Source: Phoronis australis (lineage: Eukaryota; Animalia; Phoronida). Taken from it: DNA of 64,000 bases. Of this stretch, positions 36,401 through 48,400 are shown piece by piece; position 1 is the first letter of the stretch; every line of letters starts with the position of its first letter. The position numbers and the translations under genes were made by a program. The stretch spans positions 624,277 to 688,276 of the forward strand of contig NMRA01000076.1 of assembly GCA_002633005.1 (NCBI GenBank). Reading direction: 5' to 3'. The notes beneath the pieces are model-generated. The model was not told where the DNA came from, made no database searches, and saw nothing but the letters and a program-made list of their open reading frames with translations.

Positions 36401-39400
36401 CAACCTTATTTTAGCTCAAAATGACATGGAAAAAGGTTGCCTTCCCCTTTAATTGTTCGGAGGTGTAAAGAGGTGATGATGCCGATAGTTCAGAGCGCAC
36501 TTTTACGAGGTGAAAAAAATATTAGAGCAGGGGTCTGTTTTCATGAAAAGTGACCTAGGGCTTAAGTCAGAAATGTGATCTTACGCTCCAGCCTCACCAG
36601 TGTGGCGGGACTGAAAGTTTAGACAAGTATTTTGAGTGCATCATTAATAGAAATTACCTCAGCAACTTGCAGTTATGTGTATATTCTCAGAGACTGCAGT
36701 TTTGCTGAATTGAGATTTAATCATTTTCAGGAGCTATCCAGGAATGTTCGTGATATTAACAGTTAAAACTGGTTTGCTGGATTACATTTTTGATTTTCTA
36801 AATCTTCGGAGACCTCTCGTCTCCTTCGGTAATCTTCTATAACTTGCATTTACATGTACATATTCTGAGAAACTTTTATTTTTGCTCAAATGAAGTTTGA
36901 TTATTTTTCTGAAATAGTTATGGGGAGCGTAAGACCATTTTCTAACTTTTAAGTCTTCAGTAATTTTTCAAGAAACGGACCCAAATGTGTGATTTACGTG
37001 TAAGTCTTCAGGTTATTTAGGATTCTAAGATGAGCAAATTAGGCTGAATTCAGAACATCGTATCTCAAAATTGACACATGGGGTTCTGTTACAATTTTTC
37101 ATTTTTGCATAATGGGCTATTAAAATAAGGCATTTCACAATTTTTATCAAAAATATCAGAAGACGAATGATATTTTAGATAACTGTAACCGTGCGGTGTT
37201 TTTATATCAAGCGAAAATCATTCATGTTATTCCTATCGTTGTTTCGCTATGGCTGTACGTATTAAAGTTCCTTAACAAAAAAGAAATCGGATGTAATTCG
37301 CTTGGACAACCGCTAGATTCACAGTGAGATTATTACATACTGTTGGACTAGGTCGCCATGCTGGATTGGCCTGATACGTGAGATGTAGAAATAACAATAC
37401 ACGCGGTTACCGAGGTAATCGACACGGCAAACGTATTTTTCAGAATTCAGCGAGTGGTTCTGAATTCGATAATAAAGTTTAAGTTAGTCAAACGTTTAAT
37501 CACAGCACAAATGAAGTAAAGGGGCGACTTGTTAATTTCTGGTTACTCTGCTTTCAATCGTACCCTCACGGTTTAGTGTTTCACGTGCCGCATTCAAAGG
37601 GCTATTGTTATCAGTCAGAGATGAGCATTGTACCTAGTTTTGTCGACATGGCTACACAAGAGGTGTTGTCCTCTATGGAAGTCCAACGTGTTCTTTTGAG
37701 AACGCGTGTATTGCACGCGTTCATACGAGTGCAGTGCAATTGTCGGTCTAAATCCGGAAGTTGCTAGGGAATTCGAATCTTGTCAGTTGTTAGCGGTGTA
37801 GGGGTATTATAGGTTAACGCGGGCAGGCGTGATTTGGTGACGGGATAATGTGCTAAGAAGATAAGCGTTCGCCTCACGATGTTAGGGCATAACGCTTAAT
37901 CGTCGTGAGAGACCGTCCGGAGTTGGTATATGGTGCAACTCGGGACGGTCTGGGGGCTACAGAAAACCACAGTTCAACTGTGAGACTACACCAATGTGAT
38001 AAACGAGAGTAGTTCTACTTGAAGCATCAGCTGCTGGTATGCTTATTTCTTTTATGACACACAATGTGTGACTGGGCAAAGCGTTTTCAAAATAATGTGG
38101 ATAAATCAGTGGAGTGTGAGACCCCTAAGGTTCCTGTCAAGTCCTCACGGCAATTTTGCGTTATGCAACCTGGACAGGCAGGTCCAGATTCCGAGAATGG
38201 GTTAAATACATGTATTTAGACTTGCTAACATTTTAGGATCGCCATGCCACTGCGAACAGTGAGCCCACGGTGGACAGTTCTCAAGATTATATATTACTTC
38301 ACAGCTCTCAACATCAAGACAAGACAACTTTAAGATTTCAGAGAAAAATGGATACATGCGATGACAATGATATGACAATTAATGTGAGTATAAATTGTCT
38401 AGAGGTATCATGACTTAAACATTTGTTTCCAAAAAAGAAAAAAACATGTTTAGTTTTCCGTGTAATTAACTTAAAGATGCAAAACCACTTGGTTTCTTCT
38501 ACTACAAAATTTACCGGCTATCAAACCGATGTTAGTCGTTGCTGCTTTTGCATGTGTAACAGCTTGAACAAAGCACCACATCAAACCAAAACAAATATAT
38601 CGTTTAACTTGCTTGTTTATTACGTCTGCTTTTCCAGGAACAGCTAAAACTGCGATTAAAATGCTTATTAGTTTGCCACCCCTGCGTATTCACCTTAGTA
38701 GTGAAACTGTTTACATCCTATCGTATGACGTGTAATGAGCGATGACAAAGTTTGCAATTCATAGAGACTGTAGCCCTGAAGTATAATGCCCACGAACAAG
38801 TGGGCAACTGCTTAATTTCAGGAGACTGAACTTCTTCGGCATATCCTAACGAAGTACTGGTGACGGGTATTGGTTCTTAAACGCAATCTCACCACATAAA
38901 TTGAACATGGCCTATCAGGATCACAAATTTATATTCCTGATCTTAGAGACGACGGCAAACAGAACAACGTTTTTGTCAAACTGTAGCCACCTATCAGTCT
39001 GCTCAACTGGCAGGAGAGCATGGGCCATTCCTTGGTAAGAAGGAGCTGTTTTATGCTCTCAGACAGTCAAGTAGCCATTAAAGCTCTAATTATCTCGTGA
39101 GTTTTAGGGCCTGTGTGGACGAGCTCAAACACTTGTCAGCTGAAAGACTGTCTTCGACAACTGGGGCAAAGCATACTGTACGTTGCAATGGGGCTATTCG
39201 ACGAATTCTCCTCGCCGTGTCGCTGCTGTACCAGTGGTGATTGCATTGTGCATGCGCCGCTGTCCGCATGTAAATAGCTGGTAAAAAGACGGAATTGCTA
39301 TCAAAATACGTCGTCGCACAAAGCCTTACTATATCTATTGACATTTTCCCGGGTGCAAATCTTTGACGAGTGGTCAAAAATTTCCAAAAGACCTGAGGTT

Positions 39401-42400
39401 ACTACAAACGTGGAGAATTGCAGTCAAAAGCGTCAACCAATTGACAAAAAGTGTGTGGATGCTGAAGTCTCACGCCCGGTGTGAGCTCTACGCATTTCCA
39501 TTGAGAGCATGCGCGCACCCNNGGGGGGGGGGGGGTGACTCGAACGACCCCCCATTTGGCGAAGTAGGCAAAAAGGTCCACTTCCCAGAGACAAAATGTC
39601 TGGGAAAATGGAACAAAAGTCCACTTCACAGTGGTGTTCCCGGTTTTTTGAGTCCTCCTGATCTTTTGTTAGCGAATAGCAAAATGTCCACAACGTCAGG
39701 AATTCGAGCCTCCCATATTGAAGGCTGGGTGCATGCATGATTAGATCCTTGAAGGTAAACACAACAGCATATCACTTGACTCGTCTTGCGCCCAATCTGG
39801 CTCTGAACTAGACCAGAGTCTCACTAGGTGTTCTTTAGCCTCAGTCCCTCGTGTTTCTTCCATGAAAGGAAATAAGCCACCGTTGTCCACGCATGACTCA
39901 TTTCCTATGAAAGGGCATTCTCACCCACGAGGCTGGCTGGTGTGGCAGTCAGAACGGTAGTTCCTCTTCACACACAAACAAGCCACTGGCACATTTTCTT
40001 AAGGTAACTTAGTACTGCAATTCACATTTCTCCAGGGCCACTGACTTGTACATTGTGCCAGGCAGCACTGCTGGTGTGTGGACATGCTGTGGGAAGAGAA
40101 AGGAGTGACAAAGCTTGCCTATGCTGCGGCTTTAAGTGGCTTTAAAAATGTCACTGAACCTGGAACAAATATTGAAACATGAATAATTTTAAAAGTACTT
40201 CAGGCTGGGTCAAAAATGTTGCCCATTTTCAAGCCTTTTGATTTTTGATACTTTCAGCAATTTTAAACACCCATAGAAGATATGAAGACTTGGGTCATTT
40301 AAAAATGATGGATAATCTTTGTTGTTTAAGAGTAATTAAAAATCCTAAAGCACCATTTTTTGTGTATTGGCAGTATGTTCACAGCAAAAGTGCAATTTTT
40401 ACAAAAATGGCACTCGTATGAATTTATAAACGACTTGCAACATTTCAAGGCATGAGTTAAAACTGCTCAGTCATTGAGAAATCAGAAAATGTAATATATC
40501 TGTATGGGTTTACAATGGGTAGCAAAACATGAAACTTGAAAGAACTTCATGAAGGCTAAGAATTACCTCACAATGCTTTCCCCCGACACTATTACCTGTT
40601 ATTTCCACACATTCAGTTGCACCAAATTTTACAACCCCAACCCCCTATGCCAACCTAGCTCCCGCTAAGGACATGGAATATGTAAATTTTCATAGCAAAT
40701 TGTATACCTTTCTTTAAAAATAGCTCATGTCCCATTTCAAAGGCTTTGATATAGAAAGTTGGCTTTGACAACAGATTTGCACTGGATAGGAAGATCGTGA
40801 TGGTTAGCTGCAGTCAACTGCTTAAAACCAATTTTTGTCCATTCAGGGGAGGTTGCAGAAGCGATGCTTGGCACTAGTCCTCACACGTAAAAACCAAAAG
40901 TCAGGTGAAAACAGACATGATATATTTCCATGTCATCGTGTAATCAATGGCGGATTTAGAAGGGGGCCATGGGTTCCATGCTCCCCCTAAAATTCTTCCA
41001 GATTCCATTAGGCAGTTCGGGGCTGCGAATGTCTGACGGGCAAAATCTAGGTTAATACTCTGCCCTGTCCCATCCCCCCTAACTCAAAAATCCTGGATCC
41101 GCCCCTGGTAATGGATTTCCGGTGGATATAGGACAGGGAATAAACAAATAGTCTAATGACTATTTGTCACGTACCCTTTGGGCTTCGATAGTAATCTTAC
41201 CTTACTAACCCATAACGAGTTGACAGCATTGATTGATGTAACTGTCACTGATAAAACTGTTAGAAATAATTCCAGACATTAGTAATACTACTTTGATGTA
41301 CGAAAAGATCTCGAGTGCTACGTCAAGTATCGCAACACACATCACAACAAACAATGATTAACCCCACTGTCGACTGCCGCGAAGTCGACATCAGCCAATA
41401 TCTCAGTTAACAAGCATCAGTATTGTAAACATGGAATCATCGTTAAAATAATCACAAACGTTACCTTTCAATAAGGTCATGCGTACTTTCTCTCGTAGAA
41501 GCACCCTTTTCACGCAATCTCAGATTCAGTTGGAACGACTGCAAGCCATTTCACCACGTAGGCCTATTAAAGGGCTCGCGAAATCGAGGCTGCTTAATCT
41601 ATCACCACTAGCACACGCGCGCCCTCTAGTAATGTAAAGATTGTCGAATAGCCCCATTGATTGTAATGAAGCTGCTACAGTAACTATCTTGCAAAGCAAG
41701 AAGCAAGTGCAATCTGGTTTGCACAGAACCCGTACAGGCGCTGAGGAGTCCACATAAGCCATAATCAGAGCAATGGGCCCAGCCGTGATGCATAAAAACA
41801 CCTGGTGTACCGCAAATGGAATCAAACAACCTAGCTGGCNAACGAGTTGACAGCATTGATTGATGTAACTGTCACTGATAAAACTGTTAGAAATAATTCC
41901 AAACATTAGTAATACTACTTTGATGTACGAAAAGATCTCGAGTGCTACGTCAAGTATCGCAACACACATCACAACAAACAATGATTAACCCCACTGGCGA
42001 CTGCCACGAAGTCGACATCAGCCAATATCTCAGTTAACAAGCATCAGTATTGTAAACATGGAATCATCGTTAAAATGATCACAAACCTTACCTTTCAATA
42101 AGGTCATGCGTACTTTCTCTCGTAGAAGCACCCTTTTCACGCAATCTCAGACTCAGTTGGAACGACTGCAAGCCATTTCACCACGTAGGCCTATTAAAGG
42201 GCTCGCGAAATCGAGGCTGCTTAATCTATCACCACTAGCACACGCGCGCCCTCTAGTAATGTAAAGATTGTCGAATAGCCCCATTGATTGTAATGAAGCT
42301 GCTACAGTAACTATCTTGCAAAGCAAGAAGCAAGTGCAATCTGGTTTGCACAGAACCCGTACAGGCGCTGAGGAGTCCACATAAGCCATAATCAGAGCAA

Positions 42401-45400
42401 TGGGCCCAGCCGTGATGCATAAAAACACCTGGTGTACCGCAAATGGAATCAAACAACCTAGCTGGCACTTTTTACAATGACCGTTTCTCGCCGCCACATT
42501 AAGCCAACGGTTTCATGTGCTTCCGCTACCGATAACATCCAAGTGCATGACCTATAGTGTCTGATGTGTACACTAACGTAGAGGTAAATTTTCTTTTGCT
42601 CAATTATTTATTCTTACGGTTAAAATCAGGTTTCAAGAAGGGGAAAGCGGGACCCTCGGAACACGGGTCAAACCAAAGCAGCTTGAGAAATTGTAAAGTT
42701 AAAAGTCCTGTCATCTAGGCTGCGCTCCGCAGGCGCAAGACAATCCTCTGTCAGAGAACCGAAACATAATCAGCCACTTCAGTGGTCACGATTTTGCATA
42801 ACTACGCCAGAAATATCCCGCCCATAATTGCGAAAATCTCTCCATTAACTATCCGTGGTCTTGCATGATCTTGCTTGCAAGATTTTGATAACCTTGTTTT
42901 GGCGTGATACATACGGTAATTGATGGTTTTAAGGTTTGAGTCAAGTGTCAGCGTTTTTAAACTGTCAATTTCTAATATGGTTCCATCATCCACTTTGATG
43001 CAACAACCAGGCGTTTGCGCATGTCATAGAGATGACTCCAGCAGACTTACATGTAGGTTAGCACCGTTCACAACGTACCGACAGACCAGGGGAATATGTT
43101 GTGCTACTTTTGCCCTGTATCCTATACACACAAGCACACGATGCACGCACGCATACACACTTGGCAGTAACATGTTTACCTGTATGAAATCTGTTTTACA
43201 GGGTAACACATTCCGAATCATTTGGGCTTACGGTGTTTCTGATACAGTATCGTACCACAGCTCGTCACCGTTCCGTAGAGGAGTTAAAAGCGTACTTCTT
43301 CTCGCGGCCACGAGGCCTCTTCCCAACATGCCCTCTAACACATTTATGTGGGATTTTGTTGTCAATAACGTAAGTTACGAGTGCTGATAGGTGTCGTTAA
43401 AGGAAACAGCCATGTCTACTTGTTTCAGTCTTCTAAGAATAACGAAAACCATTACATGTCTTTTTTGCCCTATGATAGTGTTAACGTTAACAGCCAAGTT
43501 TTCCATTTTTGTCTATATAAGTAGGGTACTAGATACAGTATGCACTAAACACGTTAAATTTTCCATGTAACGGTGTTATGGTCAATATCTGATCTCTCCT
43601 ACAGGTGTCGGTGCCTGCAAAAGACACCTCGTACTGGTGTAAGGGGTTCCATGTACCTAGGCTGACTAAGAAGCACCATGTCATCAAAGTAAGCTTTCAA
43701 AACTACAGATCTATAACGATCATTTCGTTAGTCAAGAATTTGAAGCAATAATTCATTAACAAAAGCGACTTAGACTATTGCGCTGCAGAATACAACTACG
43801 AATCTGGCACGAACCCTAAATTATGTATGAAAGCAATTGGGTTAATGTCAGTTTTATATACCCTGTTACCATTTCAACAATACTAAATCATAGTAGCCTT
43901 CGCGCTGTTGTCGTTCTGGGTCTAATTCCCGGATATATACACAACTTCATATAGGTACGTTGGTTTAGAAATGCATGCATATACGGCATATGCTACGATG
44001 TGAATGATGTACGTGTTTACTTGTTAATAATTAGCTCAATATTTTAGTACCAGCCACATATTACGCTTGGAAACGAAGCCCTCGTTCATCACATCCTCAT
44101 CTACGCATGCTATGGTGACGTCAACACTACTGGTGCACATTTGTTTGAATCTGATGGATGTAACTTGATGCCGAACAACCTTCAAAGAGGATGCCTCACC
44201 ACCTTGTTTGGATGGGCTGTTGGTGGCGAGGTTAGTGCGTTTCAAACAAAAATGCATCTCCATTTACTCGGTGTTCGCAATACAGTGTTGTGGAAGGTTG
44301 AACCAGGCGACTGCTCACGAGACCGATAAGCATGAACGTTTATAAACAAGTGTGATATGAGGCTTGCAACGTAATTAATCAGAACAAATACAATCAAACT
44401 ATATAGAGTGCCTGATTGTATCAATCAGGAAATGGTCTTAATCTGGGAACATGACTTGTTGTGGGTTTCAAATTTGGAGTCGTATTGTTATCTATTGGGT
44501 TGACCTGATTCTGAAAAATGAAAACTAATTGCCAAGTGTCTCTTGTAAAAACAAAAAATCAAGCAGTTCATTTCAACTTTGTCTCCACTCTTGCTCTGAA
44601 ACTTAGCCCTGTTCAAGGTTTAATTATCTCAAGCCTTATTTAGTTACCCCCATTCTAATTCGTATCGAAAACAGGATAAGTCAATTAGTAAAATTTTATA
44701 TTTTGTGAACGAAAAAAAGATCAGATATTGTAAACATATGTTTTATATTTAAATGTGCTGTTATTGCTACTACGTTACCACCTTTTTAAAATATTAATTT
44801 AGAAATCGAGTTAAAGCGTGCCGTGAGCACGACATCGAAACAGCGAAACTTTAGATTACCAGTGTAATGAATGAATTAGGGCGAAGATTTATCTCTTTTT
44901 CACAACTTGCTCTATTCATGATGCTAGACGCCTTGCGGTCACTAGGTGCATTCGTCATAATGTTATTAACGGTCGTATGTACGCAGACGTGCACTTCACT
45001 CAAAAATACATTTTGTCTTTCGTTTTTCGCGGCATCTTCTCATTCGATGTGCACTTCCTCAGCTCAATCTTATGACGACTCAGTGAATGAAAGAACTGTG
45101 AATTATGTGAAGTGCACATGCCAAGCTGGAGATTCGATTTGAGTGACAGGTCAATTCGAACTTTTTACCTTGGAAAAGTAGTAAACAATTTCAACACGGT
45201 TGAAGGTAGTTCTGCTGGCTTAATCTTTTTTCAATACATGTATTTAGTTGTTTCGTATTTGAAATTTCCGAGAATTAAGATAAGATATTTGCTAGACAAA
45301 TGCGGAATATTGTAAAAAGGTCATTTTTGTGGATATACACATGGATATACACATGAACACATACAAATACACCTCTGTCTGCATTGATGCATCGTAATTC

Positions 45401-48400
45401 ACACCACGTTATGTCACTTGGTAATGCATCATTGACGTCAAACTAGTAAGACAAAAACATAAATGATGCCAAAAGGCACCGATTTTCAAAACTTTAAAGT
45501 TAAAAATGCCATGAAAACTGAATGAATTGATTTTCGCCAGTTTTAAAGTCTTCTCATCAAGCAAAAATTAGATCACATTCCTGAGAGTGATACTATAGGT
45601 CTTAGGACGGTGCTGCGTTTATAACAAGACAAGAAGACGCAATCAAATCCAACACCAGGTGGTACTGTGTGTTTTAGCAAGAAAAACTTCCAAATGTTGA
45701 ATTCACACTAGATATGGTTTTGCATTCGGTGCAAGATAAACATCGAAGCGGTCAACCTATTTCAACTTAGTTTACCCTCTAATAATTAATTTTAGGAAAT
45801 TTTTGGAAATTACCCTTAACGATAAGTAATCTCGGAGATTTCTAAAATTTGACGAAGCAATAAAATCCATCACTAGGTGGCACTGTGCGTCTTCGCAAAG
45901 AAAGCTTCCAAATGTTGAAATCACACTAAAAATCGCTTTGCACCTAGTGCAAGTTTAACTTTTCACCTTCGTTTACCGACTAATAATCAATTCTAGTTAT
46001 TATACTGTGAAAATTGCGATAATAGGCTTCAGTGTCTGTATTTCGTTGGGTGGCCAAGAAGCATACTGGTTACGATCAACGGAAGTCCCTACATCGACTG
46101 ATACATCAAAGAGCCCTCTTTCGGATGTGAACTGTCTTTCTTCTGTGGAATATCCTTGTAAAGTAACGGGTTCATGTCCATAATGGGTTACGTTTCAACA
46201 GAAGTTTATTTGAAGAAAAACTTGTAACTGTCATCGAAGTTCGCCTTCTTTTGATGAACTCGGTTTATAAAACGTCATTTTGACCCTTTGGACCCAAATC
46301 AAATAAAATAACATTGCCAAATCCAAAAATAAGAATTTAAATAAGGAAGCACCTTCAGTTACTACAGTTAGCACTTTGAAAATTATTACCTGGTTATGGA
46401 CCTGCACAGTCTGGTCCTTCTCAACTTCCTGGGAGCAACCACTGTCAGCACACACCGATGAATCAGGGCACATAATTTTATGAAAAAAACATGTGCTCAA
46501 AGCCCCGTTGATTGCCTGAATGGAAAAAAGTAGTCAAGAGCTACGGAAGGTTTGACAGTGTGGTGGATTTCTGTTCGTATTTGGGATCGAAATCGTCCCT
46601 CTTAGTGCCAGACACGTCATCACTAAATGCCCGTAAATAGATTCATTGTCAACTGGATGATAAGCGTGAGCATGATTGTCTAGGTAACACCAGGCCTGCG
46701 TTCAGTAACTCTAGGACTTACGCTGGGACCTAGCCAAATTCTAGCCAAAGTCACGTGTTCGCATTTAAAATACAAGGCAGTATCTCACGTAATCTCGCGA
46801 AGTCTTACTTTTAAGCGAAGTCCTAGCGCTAGTGAACGGGAGGCAGGTCATTCGTGTGTTAACGTATGAACACAGTAAAAGACTAGTTTGAGGAATGAGA
46901 AGCCCGTCAAATCCTGCCACAGTCTTATGTATATCAATATATATGTATCGTTCGTATCGAAACGAAAAGCAGACCAGTACTTTTAAACTTCTTACTGTTT
47001 AAATTTAAAGCTACAGTCTAGTGGAATTTGTGTAACACTTCATGTTACTATGAGAAAATGTGATCGTATAATTTGTTTGTGTTCAAATAAGTAAAAGTTT
47101 TGAAATTATACCTCATGGGACCTTGGAACATTTTTGTTACAGCTGATAGTATGTATACGTGAAGGTCATACGGAAATTGACGAATTTTGCATCAAACGAC
47201 CTTGCATAACGAAAGTAAAAAGTACGAAAAATTTGGAGCTTTGATTTTTAATAGGCAGTTGGAAAACTCATCTTGTTTGATAAGGGAATACCACAAGAAA
47301 CTAGGTCGCAAGCTCGTAGCATAGAGATCAGTAGATAGGCATATGCATTGTTCACTTTGTCAATGTTTTCAAAATTGCATGAACAGTTATTGTGTGAAAT
47401 ACCAGTGCCAGACAGATGGACCGTCCTTAAATATTTTTGTCTCCCCTCACATTGCTCGTACATCTTCCAGATGGGTTTGTCAATAGGGTGAATCATTTAT
47501 TTACCAATTATTAGTGTTGAGGCAAAACATTTCATTGGCAACTTAAAAAATAACGGTACATATCTTGCAGTTGTTCGGTCACGCGAGGGGTAACCATCTT
47601 GGCCTTGCCCAATAGCAGTCTAAACTTCTTTCAGGCTTTTTATTTCCCCAACAACGTGGGTCTTCCGTTTGGTGATGACCAACAGCCCAAGTTTCTGCTT
47701 CTGGAAATCCACTATGATAATCCGACAAATCGAGCAGGTAGGTTAGCCTACATTGAAAATTGGAAGCAAACTTTTGGGATTCAGTAGTCTTGTAATTATA
47801 TGCACGATCCATGTCTTTTTAATTTGACAAGGTTTGCAATTTGGAATTCAACATCTTTTTTGTGAATAGTGTTCTTTTGAAATTATGTTCTTTTAATTTG
47901 TTTTATTTTATTTGAATGAGATGTGCAACGAAGCTCGCTGTCACCATGAAAGTACAAATACGATAAAAGAAATTGACCCGCAACTGTAAGAAATTGGACA
48001 TAGTTGACCCGCCTTGTCAATTTTCTCCGAAACACTATAAGAAGCTCCACCCAAGTTCTAAAACAATAGTGGAAATCTTTGTGATTTTTTAAAACGTCGA
48101 GTCTCAACGGTTAAAATGTATTGCCGTATGAGATTGTGTACTCCAACTTGCCTTGTTAAAAACCGCGAAATCGCTGTGGAACGGAATAACAACTCGTTGC
48201 GCACATTTCAGAACTACTCTTCTTGACATGTTTCGTCAAATTCACTGGTTAACGATTAGCCTCCGACAGTAGATAATCGAAGTAACAACTAGACATAGGG
48301 AATAGTGCAGACGTGGCAGACACGGACACATGTAATGTACATCCGGAACATTTCAGAGACTTTTGTAACCTTAAATTTCCGTTTGGAGCTGAGCGTTATT

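Noticed and set aside
38135-38150. gtcaagtcctcacggc resembling a 16S rRNA segment
   Set aside because: The match is only about 15 nt and lies at the TIR of the 280-bp MITE; no other rRNA similarity.
41214-42466. 626-bp near-identical tandem duplication giving duplicated 151-aa and 114-aa ORFs
   Set aside because: The junction is exactly a single-N join and the copies differ by about 1%, as expected for uncollapsed haplotype overlap. The ORFs have no recognisable motifs.
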